A stretch of DNA of 64,000 nucleotides, taken from contig CAZBII010000005.1 in assembly GCA_964491665.1 (NCBI GenBank), forward strand, positions 2,071-66,070, read 5' to 3'. A model generated the notes under the pieces. The model made no database searches, was not told the DNA's origin, and saw only the letters and a list, made by a program, of their open reading frames with translations. Both the position numbers and the translations under genes were made by a program. Of the stretch, positions 1-10,075 are shown one piece after another (positions within the stretch are counted from its first letter, which is position 1; every line of letters begins with the position of its first letter). The stretch is from an uncultured Moraxellaceae bacterium (GTDB lineage Bacteria; Pseudomonadota; Gammaproteobacteria; Pseudomonadales; Ketobacteraceae).

Positions 1-3000
1 GGCTACTCGCTCACCATCAAGCCGGAGAATCACTTCATCAACTGGCAGCAGGACCCGTTTGGCAACTTCCTGGCGCGCGTGGTGTTTCCCGAACCGTCGC
101 GCGAGCTGCAGATCGATGTGGAAGTCATCGCCGATCTGAAGGTCATCAATCCGTTCGACTTTTTTGTCGAGGAATACGCGGATGAATTTCCGTTCGACTA
201 TGAAGAACAGCTGGCGAAGGAACTGGTGCCCTATCTGGAAATAAAAGAGCAGGGACCGCTGCTGCTGGACTGGCTGGGCACGGTGGACCGCACGCCGCGC
301 AACATCGTCAACTTTCTGGTGGAAGTGAATCAGGCGCTGTTCCAGCACATCGAATATTCCATTCGCATGGAGCCGGGTGTGCAGACCTGCGAGGAAACGC
401 TCTCCAGCCGCGTCGGTTCCTGCCGTGATTCGGCATTCCTGCTGGTGCAGGTGCTGCGCCATCTGGGTCTGGCGGCGCGCTTTGTGTCGGGTTATCTGGT
501 GCAGCTGAAACCGGATGTGGAATCCCTCGACGGCCCCAGCGGACCGCACGCGGATTTCACCGATCTGCACGCCTGGTGCGAAGTGTATGTGCCCGGCGCC
601 GGCTGGATCGGACTGGACCCGACATCGGGCCTGTTCGCCGGCGAAGGCCACATTCCGCTGGCGTGCACGCCCGATCCGGTGAGCGCCGCACCGGTCACCG
701 GCGCCACCGGCAAATGCGAAGTGGAGTTTGAATTCGAAAACCGCGTCGACCGCATTCTGGAAGATCCGCGCGTTACCAAGCCTTACACCGAGGAACAGTG
801 GCAGCACATCCAGGCCCTCGGCAATCAGGTGGAAGACGATCTGGTCAACAACGACGTGCGTCTCACCATGGGCGGCGAACCGACCTTCGTGTCGGTGGAC
901 GACATGGAGGGCGCGGAGTGGAACACCACCGCTGACAGTCCCAACAAACGCAAGCTGGCGCACGCGCTGTTTCTCAACATGCAGAAACATTTTGCGCCCG
1001 GTGGCGTGAAGCATTACGGCCAGGGCAAATGGTATCCCGGCGAGCCGCTGCCGCGCTGGCAATACGCCTGCTACTGGCGCAAGGACGGCAATCCGCTGTG
1101 GCACAATCCGGCGCTGATGGCTGATCCCAATCACAATTACAACTTCAACGTGCACAACGCGCGGCAGTTCATGCAGCAGCTGTGTCACGAACTGAAACTG
1201 CCCAACCGCTTTGCCATTCCGGCGTATGAAGACGCGGTGTATTACCTGTGGCAGGAAGGCAACTTGCCCGCCGAATTCGATCCGACGAAAAAGGATCTGA
1301 AACTGGATCTGGAACGCAAGCGGCTGCTGGCGCAACTGCAGCGCGGACTGGATCAGCCGGTGGGTTACACGCTGCCGCTGAGCTGGGACTGGTACGACAA
1401 CACCTGGCACAGTTGCGGCTGGACCTTTCGCCGTGGCCATCTGCATCTGGTGCCCGGCGATTCGCCGCTGGGCATGCGGCTGCCACTGGAAGTGATTCAC
1501 TGGTTGCCGCCGGAACGGCGCGAACAGCACCAGCCCGTGAGCCTGTTCGAGGAAGCCGGCGCGCTGCCGTATTTCCCGCCCAGTCTGGCGCCCATCGAAG
1601 CCAGCAGCGCCAACGATGAAGACAGCGAAAAAAACGAGAAAGAAAAATTCATCCAGACTGCGCTCTGCGTCGAACCGCGCCACGGTGTGCTGTATGTGTT
1701 CCTGCCGCCGCTGTCCAACGCCGACCAGTTCATTCTGCTGATCAACGCCATCGAAACCGTGGCGGCCAAACTCAGCATGCCGGTGGTGCTGGAAGGTTAC
1801 GATCCGCCGAAAGATCTGCGGCTGGAAAAATTCATGGTGACGCCCGACCCCGGCGTGATCGAAGTGAACATTCATCCCGCGCACAGCTGGAAGCAGCTGC
1901 AGCAGAACACCATTGACCTGTACGAAATTGCGCGCCAGTCGCGGCTGGGCACGGAAAAATTCATGGTGGACGGCCGTCACGCCGGTACCGGCGGCGGCAA
2001 CCATGTGACGATGGGCGGCGCCACGCCGGCGGATTCGCCGATGCTGCGGCGTCCCGATGTGCTGCGCAGCCTGATTACCTTCTGGCAGCATCATCCGGGA
2101 TTGTCCTATCTGTTCTCCGGCCTGTTCATCGGCCCCACTTCGCAGGCGCCGCGCGTCGATGAAGGCCGCAACGAAAACCTGTACGAACTGGAAATTGCGT
2201 TCGGCCAGATGCCCACCGGCGAAGTCGTGCAGCCCTGGCTAGTGGACCGCCTGCTGCGCAATCTGCTGGTGGACATTTCCGGCAACACGCATCGCTCGGA
2301 ATTCTGCATCGACAAACTCTACTCGCCGGATTCCGCTGCCGGGCGTCTGGGTCTGCTGGAATTCCGTGCCTTCGAAATGCCGCCGCATGCGCGCATGAGT
2401 CTGGTGCAGATGCTGCTGCTGCGCACGCTGGTGGCCATGTTCTGGAACAAGCCCTACCAGCACCGGCTGGTGCGCTGGGGCACCGAACTGCACGACCGTT
2501 TCCTGCTGCCCCATTACGTGATGGAAGATCTGCGCAACGTGTGCGAATTCATGCAGCAGAACGGTTATCCGTTCCAGCTGGACTGGCTGGCGCCGTTCCT
2601 GGAATTCCGTTTCCCGCATTACGGCCGGGTGAAAATACGCGACATCGAAATCACCCTGCAGACCGCCATCGAACCCTGGCATGTGATGGGCGAGGAAGTC
2701 ACCCGTTCCGGCACCGCGCGCTTTGTCGATTCCTCCATCGAGCGCATGCAGGTGCAGGTGACCGGCATCAGCGACAACCGCTACGTGCTGGCGTGCAACG
2801 GCCGCACCGTGCCGCTGCGCAACACCGGTGTGCACGGCGAATATGTGGCAGGCGTGCGTTATCGCGCGTGGCAGCCGGCGTCGGCGCTGCATCCCACCAT
2901 CGGCATTCACTCGCCGCTGGTGTTCGATCTGATCGACACCTTCAACGGCCGCTCCATCGGCGGCTGCACCTATCATGTGCATCACGCCGGCGGACGCAGC

Positions 3001-3240
3001 TACGACACCTTCCCGGTGAACGCGTATGAGGCAGAGGGCCGCCGCATCAGCCGCTTCTGGGGTTACGGCCATACCCAGGGACCGCTGACGGTGCCACCGG
3101 AAGTGCGGCCGTTCCTGCACAGTGGCGACCGCTTCTATCCGTTCGGCAGCGCACCGGGTCCGATGGCGCCGCCGCCGGAGGAAACCAGCCGCGAGTACCC
3201 GTACACGCTTGATCTGCGCCGGCCGTTGCGTACGCCCTGA
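1..3240 (+). CDS. Large transglutaminase-like protein (DUF2126/COG4196 type); 5' end lies upstream of the window
   Basis: Frame 1 is open from nt 1 (GYSLTIKPENHF...) into listed ORF 79..3240. It shows the Cys-His-Asp spacing of a transglutaminase core (SRVGSCRDSAF ... DLHAWCEVY ... GLDPTSG). A long C-terminal extension follows, typical of >1000 aa DUF2126 proteins. Codon bias is GC3-rich. Confidence 0.8.
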   Translation, partial: GYSLTIKPENHFINWQQDPFGNFLARVVFPEPSRELQIDVEVIADLKVINPFDFFVEEYADEFPFDYEEQLAKELVPYLEIKEQGPLLLDWLGTVDRTPRNIVNFLVEVNQALFQHIEYSIRMEPGVQTCEETLSSRVGSCRDSAFLLVQVLRHLGLAARFVSGYLVQLKPDVESLDGPSGPHADFTDLHAWCEVYVPGAGWIGLDPTSGLFAGEGHIPLACTPDPVSAAPVTGATGKCEVEFEFENRVDRILEDPRVTKPYTEEQWQHIQALGNQVEDDLVNNDVRLTMGGEPTFVSVDDMEGAEWNTTADSPNKRKLAHALFLNMQKHFAPGGVKHYGQGKWYPGEPLPRWQYACYWRKDGNPLWHNPALMADPNHNYNFNVHNARQFMQQLCHELKLPNRFAIPAYEDAVYYLWQEGNLPAEFDPTKKDLKLDLERKRLLAQLQRGLDQPVGYTLPLSWDWYDNTWHSCGWTFRRGHLHLVPGDSPLGMRLPLEVIHWLPPERREQHQPVSLFEEAGALPYFPPSLAPIEASSANDEDSEKNEKEKFIQTALCVEPRHGVLYVFLPPLSNADQFILLINAIETVAAKLSMPVVLEGYDPPKDLRLEKFMVTPDPGVIEVNIHPAHSWKQLQQNTIDLYEIARQSRLGTEKFMVDGRHAGTGGGNHVTMGGATPADSPMLRRPDVLRSLITFWQHHPGLSYLFSGLFIGPTSQAPRVDEGRNENLYELEIAFGQMPTGEVVQPWLVDRLLRNLLVDISGNTHRSEFCIDKLYSPDSAAGRLGLLEFRAFEMPPHARMSLVQMLLLRTLVAMFWNKPYQHRLVRWGTELHDRFLLPHYVMEDLRNVCEFMQQNGYPFQLDWLAPFLEFRFPHYGRVKIRDIEITLQTAIEPWHVMGEEVTRSGTARFVDSSIERMQVQVTGISDNRYVLACNGRTVPLRNTGVHGEYVAGVRYRAWQPASALHPTIGIHSPLVFDLIDTFNGRSIGGCTYHVHHAGGRSYDTFPVNAYEAEGRRISRFWGYGHTQGPLTVPPEVRPFLHSGDRFYPFGSAPGPMAPPPEETSREYPYTLDLRRPLRTP

Positions 3241-3290
3241 GTGTTATACTCAAACGCACGACAGGGGCAGGAACGCGCACGCGCCACCGT

Positions 3291-5942
3291 ATGACGACAG
3301 AGATGCAGCAAAAAGAGTCGCAATCGCAATCGCAGACGCCGCCACCCGCGCAGACACCGGCCACGCCGCCGGACCTGGATGCGCAGATGGCGGACTATCC
3401 TGCCTATCTGCAGGGTTATGACGAAATGTGGAGCGGCGACGCGCCGGAAACGGCAGCGGGCGTCAATCCCTACTGGCGCCGGCTGATGCGCGACCTGCAC
3501 GATCTGGGTGGCGACGAACTGGAAAAGCGCCGCATCGAAGCCCGCCGCCTGCTGCGGGAAAATGGCGTTACCTACAACATCTACGACGACCCCAAGGGCC
3601 AGCAGCGCACCTGGCAACTCGATCCCATTCCTCTGTTGATCAAACCCGCCGACTGGGCCGCCATCAGTGTGGGCCTGAAACAGCGCGCCCGCCTGCTCGA
3701 CATGGTCTATCGCGATCTGTATGGCCCGCGCCGCCTGATCAAGGAAGGCCTGCTGCCGCCGGAACTGATTTACGGCCATCAGGGCTTTCTGCGCCCCTGC
3801 GATCAGGTGCCGCAGGAAAATCTGCCGCAGCTGCTGCTGTACGCCGCCGATCTGGCGCGCGGTCCCGACGGCCGCATGTGGGTGATCGGCGACCGCACCC
3901 AGGCGCCGTCCGGTGCCGGTTACGCGCTGGAAACCCGCATGGCCATGACCCGCGTGATGGCCGACGAATTCCGCCGCACCCAGGTCCACCGCCTGTCGAT
4001 TTTCTTCCGCAATCTGCGCGGCATGCTGGCCAGCCTGCTGCCCAATAGCGACGAGGAACCGCGCGTCGTCATCCTCACGCCGGGGCCGCGCAACGAAACC
4101 TATTTTGAACACGCCTATCAGGCCTCCTATCTCGGCTACAGCCTGGTGCAGGGCGACGATCTCACCGTGCGCGACGGCAAGGTGTGGCTGAAATCCCTCG
4201 ACGGCCTGAAGAAGGTGGACATCATTGTGCGGCGGGTGGACGACACCTTCTGCGATCCGCTGGAACTGCGCGAGGATTCGCATCTGGGTGTGCCGGGTCT
4301 GCTGCAGGCGGCGCGGCTGGGCAACGTCATCATCGCCAACCCGCTGGGTTCGAGCCTGCTGGAAAGCCCCGGCATCATGCCGTTCCTGCCCGCCATCGCC
4401 AAACACTGGCTGGGCGAAGACATCCTGCTGCCGTCCGCCGCCACCTGGTGGTGCGGGCAGAAAAAGGAAATGGATTACGTGCTGGAACACCTGCCGGAAC
4501 TGGTGGTGAAAAGCATCGACCGCCGCCTGCCGTCGTTTTTCGGCCCGCTGCTGGACAGCGCCCAGCGCGCGGAACTGAAAGCGCGCATCCAGGCCTCGCC
4601 CTGGCTGTTCGCCGGCCAGGAACTGCTGACCTGCTCCACCGCGCCGTCGCTGCGCGAATCCCGCATCGTGCCGCGCCGGGTGCTGCTGCGCGCTTTCGTC
4701 ACCGCCCATCAGGGCGATTACGACGTCATGCCCGGTGGTCTGTCCCGGGTGGCGCCGGATTCCGACAGCCTGTTCATCTCCAACCAGTCCGGCGGCCTGT
4801 CGAAGGACACCTGGATTCTGGCGGACAAACCCGTGCACCAGGTCAGCCTGTGGCCCACCGTGCGCCAGATGGAGAATCTGGTGGCGGCGGAAGGCTCGCT
4901 GCCGTCCCGCTCCGGCGAGAACCTGTTCTGGGTGGGACGCTATGCGGAACGTGCCGAGGGCATCCTGCGCCTGCTGCGCACGGTCATCGGCAAGCTGGCG
5001 GACTACGACGACTACCGCGACGAATCCGACATGGCGGTGCTGACCCACCTGCTGGTCACCCTCACCCATTTCACCAGCATCTATCCCGGCTTCACCGGCG
5101 AAACGGCAAAGGAAAGCCTCGCCAATCCGCGCCAGAAAATCCTCGAGATGGCGCTGGACCGCAACCACCGCAGCAGCCTGATCGGCACCCTGGAAGCCTT
5201 CATGCAGAGCGCCTACAACGTGCGCGACCTGTGGTCGGTGGACACCTGGCGTCTCATCGATGACATCGACGAGAACATCCAGTATCTGGCCGGCCATCCC
5301 GACGATTTCGCGTTGCTGCAGAACGATCTGGACCGTGTCATTGGCACCCTGATGGCGATCTTCGGCCAGAACCAGGAAAGCATGCCCCACGATGCCGGCT
5401 GGTACCTGCTGAGCATGGGCCGTCGCGTCGAGCGCTCGCTGCAGCTGATCACCCTGCTGCGCACCTGCGTGCTGCAGCCGGCCAGCGAGGTGGAAGAGCA
5501 TCTGATGCTGGAATCGGTGCTGCTGAATCAGGCCAGCCTGATCACCCACCGCCGCCGTTTCCGCAACCTGCAGCACGTCAACACCGTGCTCGACCTGCTG
5601 CTGCTGGATTGCCATTACCCGCGCTCGCTGGCCTATCAGGTGGAGCAGATCGGCCAGCTGCTGGCGAAACTGCCCTCAGTGCAGAAAAACCTGCCGGCGC
5701 ACCAGCTCAGCCGCGAGCAGCGCCTGATCCTGCAGGTGAGCACCGAAATAAAGCTGGCGGAAGTGGAGAAGCTGGGACGGGTGGCCGAGGACACCGGCCA
5801 GCGCACCCATTTGGGCAAACTGCTGGATAACGTGGAGCGGCGCATCAGCAAGGCCTCCTCGCTGCTGACCCAGAAATACTTCAGCCACACCGAGAGCGCG
5901 CGCCAGCTGGCGCCCACCACCCGCATGGACCTGCCGGTATGA
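3291..5942 (+). CDS. Fused circularly permuted type-2 ATP-grasp + alpha-E domain protein
   Basis: 883 aa. The N-terminal half aligns by eye with ORF 6843..8294 (VVILTPGPRNETYFEHAYQASYLGYSLVQGDDLTV vs VVVLTPGIYNSAYFEHAYLAQQMGCELVEGRDLTV; HLGVPGLL vs TLGVPGLL). The C-terminal third aligns with ORF 8294..9268 (ENLFWVGRYAERAEGILRLL vs ETLFWMSRYLERAENMARLI). Confidence 0.85.
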   Translation: MTTEMQQKESQSQSQTPPPAQTPATPPDLDAQMADYPAYLQGYDEMWSGDAPETAAGVNPYWRRLMRDLHDLGGDELEKRRIEARRLLRENGVTYNIYDDPKGQQRTWQLDPIPLLIKPADWAAISVGLKQRARLLDMVYRDLYGPRRLIKEGLLPPELIYGHQGFLRPCDQVPQENLPQLLLYAADLARGPDGRMWVIGDRTQAPSGAGYALETRMAMTRVMADEFRRTQVHRLSIFFRNLRGMLASLLPNSDEEPRVVILTPGPRNETYFEHAYQASYLGYSLVQGDDLTVRDGKVWLKSLDGLKKVDIIVRRVDDTFCDPLELREDSHLGVPGLLQAARLGNVIIANPLGSSLLESPGIMPFLPAIAKHWLGEDILLPSAATWWCGQKKEMDYVLEHLPELVVKSIDRRLPSFFGPLLDSAQRAELKARIQASPWLFAGQELLTCSTAPSLRESRIVPRRVLLRAFVTAHQGDYDVMPGGLSRVAPDSDSLFISNQSGGLSKDTWILADKPVHQVSLWPTVRQMENLVAAEGSLPSRSGENLFWVGRYAERAEGILRLLRTVIGKLADYDDYRDESDMAVLTHLLVTLTHFTSIYPGFTGETAKESLANPRQKILEMALDRNHRSSLIGTLEAFMQSAYNVRDLWSVDTWRLIDDIDENIQYLAGHPDDFALLQNDLDRVIGTLMAIFGQNQESMPHDAGWYLLSMGRRVERSLQLITLLRTCVLQPASEVEEHLMLESVLLNQASLITHRRRFRNLQHVNTVLDLLLLDCHYPRSLAYQVEQIGQLLAKLPSVQKNLPAHQLSREQRLILQVSTEIKLAEVEKLGRVAEDTGQRTHLGKLLDNVERRISKASSLLTQKYFSHTESARQLAPTTRMDLPV

Positions 5943-6820
5943 AATTCCGCGTCAAACACACCACCCAGTACCAGTACAGCAGCCCGGTGTCGCTCTGCTT
6001 CAACGAGGCGCGCATGTCGCCGCTGAACAACACGCACCAAACCTGTGCGCGCAACCGTTTCGTGATTCACCCGGCGCCCGATTCAGTGCACAAGCGCTTC
6101 GACTACTTCGGCAACCAGGTCACCAGTTTCGACATCCTGCAGCCGCACCGGGAACTCACCGTCACCGTTTACAGCGACGTACAGGTGCTCGACCACTCGC
6201 GCCAGTTCCTGTTCAGCGCCGACTGTCCCTGGGAATACGTGCGCGACAGCCTGCGCACCACCACCCAGCCCGACCTGCTGCCGCTGCGGGAATTCGTGCT
6301 GCCGTCGCCGCTGATTCCCCCGGTGGACGGCATCCGCGCCTATGCCGAAAAGTCCTTCACCCCCCAGCGCCCGCTGCTGGAAGCGGCCATGGACCTGATG
6401 GACCGCATTCACACCGACTTTAAATACGACCCCAGCGCCACCAGCATCAGCACCCCGCTGGCCACCGTGCTGGAGCAGAAGCGCGGCGTCTGCCAGGACT
6501 TTGCCCACCTGGGCATTGCCTGCCTGCGCAGCATGGGGCTGGCGGCCTGCTACATCAGCGGCTATCTGGAAACCCTGCCGCCGCCGGGGCAGAAAAAGCT
6601 GGTGGGGGTCGATGCCTCCCACGCCTGGTATGCGGTGCACATGCTGGATGACGGCTGGGTGGCGTTCGACCCCACCAACAACATCGTACCCTCGGACCAG
6701 TACATCACCCTGGCGATTGGCCGGGATTTTGCAGATGTCACACCATTAAAAGGCGTGATCTACGGCGGCGACCATCATCTGCTGAAGGTGTCGGTGGATG
6801 TGGATCGCATCGAAACGTGA
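5939..6820 (+). CDS. Transglutaminase family protein (bacterial transglutaminase N-terminal domain + core)
   Basis: The ATG overlaps the upstream stop (ATGA at 5939-5942). Catalytic-triad-like blocks are KRGVCQDFAH, SHAWYAV and FDPTNN. Confidence 0.85.
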   Translation: MKFRVKHTTQYQYSSPVSLCFNEARMSPLNNTHQTCARNRFVIHPAPDSVHKRFDYFGNQVTSFDILQPHRELTVTVYSDVQVLDHSRQFLFSADCPWEYVRDSLRTTTQPDLLPLREFVLPSPLIPPVDGIRAYAEKSFTPQRPLLEAAMDLMDRIHTDFKYDPSATSISTPLATVLEQKRGVCQDFAHLGIACLRSMGLAACYISGYLETLPPPGQKKLVGVDASHAWYAVHMLDDGWVAFDPTNNIVPSDQYITLAIGRDFADVTPLKGVIYGGDHHLLKVSVDVDRIET

Positions 6821-6842
6821 AACATTCACCATAAGATGAACT

Positions 6843-8294
6843 ATGCCGATCAACTGGAAAGAATACGCAGTCAAACCGTTCTTCGATGAACTGATCCAGA
6901 CCAGTGGCAAGCCGCGCAGCTATGCCGCGACGCTGGCCAAATATCTCACCACCCTGTCCAGCGACGAAGTCGAGAGTCTGCGCGCCGCATCGGAACTGTC
7001 GATCAAGGAAATGGGCATCACCTTCACCGTCTACACGCAGGAAGAAGGCTCCATCGATCGCTCCTGGCCGTTCGACATCATCCCGCGCATCATCGCCAAG
7101 TCCGAGTGGGACCGCATCGAACTCGGCCTCAAGCAGCGGGTGCACGCGCTCAACCTGTTCATCAACGATCTCTATCACGACCAGAAGATTATCAAGGACA
7201 AGGTGTTCCCCGCCGAGCTGCTCGCCAACTCGGTGAATTTCCGCAAGGAATGCATCGGTGTGAATCCGCCGCTGAATATCTGGGCGCACATCTGCGGTTC
7301 GGATCTGGTGCGCGACGGCGACGGCACCATGTACGTGCTGGAAGACAATTTGCGGGTGCCGTCCGGCGTGTCGTACATGCTGGAGAACCGCTCGGTGATG
7401 AAGCGCGTGTTTCCGGAAATGTTCGAGGCGCTGAGCATCCAGCCGGTGGACGATTACCCGTCGCAACTGTTCGACATGCTGTGTGCGCTGTCGCCGCGCC
7501 GCGACGTGCAGCCGGAAGTGGTGGTGCTCACGCCGGGCATCTACAACTCCGCCTATTTCGAGCACGCGTATCTGGCGCAGCAGATGGGTTGCGAACTGGT
7601 GGAAGGCCGCGATCTCACGGTGGAAAGCGACGACTGCGTCTACATGCGCACGGTGGAAGGCCTGCAGCGCGTGGACGTCATTTATCGCCGCATCGACGAT
7701 CTGTTCCTCGATCCGGAAGCGTTCAATCCCGAATCCACTTTGGGTGTGCCCGGCCTGCTGCGCGCCTGGAAAAAAGGCAAGGTGGCGCTGGCCAACGCGC
7801 CCGGCGCCGGCGTCGCCGACGACAAGGTGGTGTACGCCTTCGTGCCGGACATCATCAAATATTATCTGGGCGAAGAAGTGATTCTGCCCAACGTGCCCAC
7901 CTACCGCTGCATGTACGACGACGAGCGCGAATACGTGCTGAAGAATCTCGACCAGCTGGTGGTGAAACCGGCCAACGAATCCGGCGGCTACGGCATGATG
8001 ATCGGCCCGGCCGCCAGCAAGAAGGAACGCGAGAAATTCGCCGGCCTGATCAAGGCCGATCCGCGCAACTACATCGCGCAGCCCACGCTGTCGCTGTCCA
8101 CTGTGCCCACGCTGGTGGGCGATCATGTGGAGCCGCGCCACGTCGATCTGCGCCCGTTCATTCTCAGCAGCAATGTCATCAACGTCACCATGGGTGGACT
8201 CACCCGCGTGGCGTTGCGCAAAGGCTCACTCGTAGTGAATTCGTCCCAGGGTGGCGGCAGCAAAGACACCTGGATCGTGGAGGAGGACAAGTAA
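6843..8294 (+). CDS. Circularly permuted type-2 ATP-grasp protein (stand-alone)
   Basis: 483 aa paralogue of the N-terminal part of ORF 3291..5942. It starts 22 nt after the upstream stop. Confidence 0.85.
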   Translation: MPINWKEYAVKPFFDELIQTSGKPRSYAATLAKYLTTLSSDEVESLRAASELSIKEMGITFTVYTQEEGSIDRSWPFDIIPRIIAKSEWDRIELGLKQRVHALNLFINDLYHDQKIIKDKVFPAELLANSVNFRKECIGVNPPLNIWAHICGSDLVRDGDGTMYVLEDNLRVPSGVSYMLENRSVMKRVFPEMFEALSIQPVDDYPSQLFDMLCALSPRRDVQPEVVVLTPGIYNSAYFEHAYLAQQMGCELVEGRDLTVESDDCVYMRTVEGLQRVDVIYRRIDDLFLDPEAFNPESTLGVPGLLRAWKKGKVALANAPGAGVADDKVVYAFVPDIIKYYLGEEVILPNVPTYRCMYDDEREYVLKNLDQLVVKPANESGGYGMMIGPAASKKEREKFAGLIKADPRNYIAQPTLSLSTVPTLVGDHVEPRHVDLRPFILSSNVINVTMGGLTRVALRKGSLVVNSSQGGGSKDTWIVEEDK

Positions 8295-9268
8295 TGCTGG
8301 CCCGTGTTGCGGAAACCTTATTCTGGATGTCGCGTTACCTGGAACGTGCCGAAAACATGGCGCGTCTGATCAACGTGAACGCCAACCTGCTGCTGGATAT
8401 TCCGAAAAAAACCACCCTCGGCTGGGAACCGCTGATCGATATCACCGGCACCCGCGACGTCTATCTGCAGAGCAATGAAAACTTTGACGAGCGCGCCGTG
8501 CTGAAATATCTGGTGGGCGACGCCAACAGCCCGGTGTCGATCGTGTCGGCGCTGAAAAGTGCCCGCGAAAATGCGCGTACCATCCGCGACGTGATTCCGC
8601 GCGAAGCCTGGGAGCAGATCAATGCGCTGAACTATTACGCCACCGACCAGCTCAGTGCCGGCCTGTCCAAGCGCGGCCGTTTCAGCTATCTCAAGGAAAT
8701 CATCCTGCGCAACCAGACCATCGCCGGTCTGCTGGCAGGCACCATGAACCAGGATCAGGGTTATTTGTTCATCCGTCTGGGCCGCAATCTGGAGCGCGCG
8801 GACATGACGTCGCGCATCATCGACGTGCGCACGGCGAACCTGCTCACCGATGCCAATCTGGAGCTGCGTCCGTTCGAAAACATCCAGTGGATGAGCGTGC
8901 TGAAATCCCTCACCGCGTACCAGATGTATCGCCAGTCGATGCAGGCGCGCGTGCGGCGCGGCGACGTGCTGAAATTCCTGTTCCAGTCGAAGAAATTCCC
9001 GCGCTCGATTTTTTTCTGCGCGCAGCAGCTGGAACAGTGCGTGCTGCAGCTGCCGAATTTCGACGAGGTGCTGGGGCAGATCCACGAACTGATGGACATG
9101 GTGCAAAACGTCGATCTGGAAAAACTCGACCAGCTGCAGCTGCACGAATTCATCGACCAGTGCCAGATCCAGTTCAACGCCATCCACGGCGCGCTGGTGG
9201 ACAATTACTTCCTCAGCGGGCGCATCTACAAGAACAAGCCGCAGCTGCAGGTGCAGAAGGCGGGGTAA
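8294..9268 (+). CDS. Alpha-E domain protein
   Basis: Start chosen at the ATG overlapping the stop of the ATP-grasp gene (TAATG at 8292-8296), giving MLARVAETLFWMSRYLERAENMARL... The 5' part of listed ORF 7106..9268 overlaps the ATP-grasp gene in another frame and is rejected. Confidence 0.8.
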   Translation: MLARVAETLFWMSRYLERAENMARLINVNANLLLDIPKKTTLGWEPLIDITGTRDVYLQSNENFDERAVLKYLVGDANSPVSIVSALKSARENARTIRDVIPREAWEQINALNYYATDQLSAGLSKRGRFSYLKEIILRNQTIAGLLAGTMNQDQGYLFIRLGRNLERADMTSRIIDVRTANLLTDANLELRPFENIQWMSVLKSLTAYQMYRQSMQARVRRGDVLKFLFQSKKFPRSIFFCAQQLEQCVLQLPNFDEVLGQIHELMDMVQNVDLEKLDQLQLHEFIDQCQIQFNAIHGALVDNYFLSGRIYKNKPQLQVQKAG

Positions 9269-9496
9269 AAATCCCCGCCGGCTGCGCGATATTTTCTCCC
9301 GGCAACTTATCTCCTTTCGTCATTTAAAAAGCCGCGCTTATAGGCGTGGCTCGACGGGTCGCTTTCTCTTGATCGTGATCACTGTTTTGGCCTGAATTCA
9401 CCTCCCCTCCCGAATACGTCCTGCAGCAGCAGTGCAATTGCAGCACAATGCACCTTCCAAAGATCAGAAACTCCGTCCATGCCAGGAGCAATCACC

Positions 9497-10075
9497 ATGA
9501 AAAAATCCTTCATCCTGTGTTCGCTGCCCGCAGCCTGTCTGCTGCTCGCCTTTGGTGCCAGGGCCGATGATGCGGCACTGCTGGAACAAACCCGCGCCGT
9601 GGCCATGGCCATGCCGCCCAAACTGCTGACGGTGCTGAATGAGGAAATTGCCAAGGGTGGCATGGTGTCGGCCATTGCCGCCTGTCGCGACAAGGCGCCG
9701 CAAATGGCCAGGGACACGTCGGCCAAAACCGGCTGGAGCATCCGCCGCGTGAGTCTGAAAAATCGTAATCCCAATGCAGTACCCGATGCCTGGGAAGCGG
9801 CTGTGCTGGCCGAGTTCGATCGGCAGGTGGCGGCTGGCAGCAATCCCGCCACGCTGGAAAAAGCGGCGACGGTGGAAGAAGGCGGCAAGCAGATTTACCG
9901 CTACATGAAAGCGCTGCCGACCCAGCCCATGTGTCTGGGCTGTCATGGTGGCGCCCATGAAATTCCGCAGGATGTACAGGCCAAGCTGGCAGAGCTGTAT
10001 CCAGCCGATAAAGCCACCGGCTACAAGGCGGGTGAAGTGCGCGGCGCCATCACCATCAAGCGCGTATTGCCGTAA
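9497..10075 (+). CDS. Periplasmic DUF3365-like (Tll0287-type) protein with a c-type haem-binding motif
   Basis: AGGAG lies 8 nt upstream of ATG 9497. Signal peptide MKKSFILCSLPAACLLLAFGARA. A single CxxCH motif (CLGCH) sits near the C-terminus. Overall similarity to DUF3365 is judged from memory. Confidence 0.65.
   Translation: MKKSFILCSLPAACLLLAFGARADDAALLEQTRAVAMAMPPKLLTVLNEEIAKGGMVSAIAACRDKAPQMARDTSAKTGWSIRRVSLKNRNPNAVPDAWEAAVLAEFDRQVAAGSNPATLEKAATVEEGGKQIYRYMKALPTQPMCLGCHGGAHEIPQDVQAKLAELYPADKATGYKAGEVRGAITIKRVLP

Noticed and set aside
3135-5615. Very long ORFs antisense to or out of frame with the called genes. Examples are 3135..5615(-) 826 aa, 6738..8141(-), 16872..18569(-), 20665..22488(-), 24385..26454(+), 35306..37090(-), 43836..45626(+) and 56677..58941(-).
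   Set aside because: They mirror confidently identified genes in a GC-rich sequence where stop codons are rare in every frame. Their translations are low-complexity Arg/Ala/Gly/His/Gln-rich strings with no recognisable motifs, and no room remains for them once the real genes are placed.
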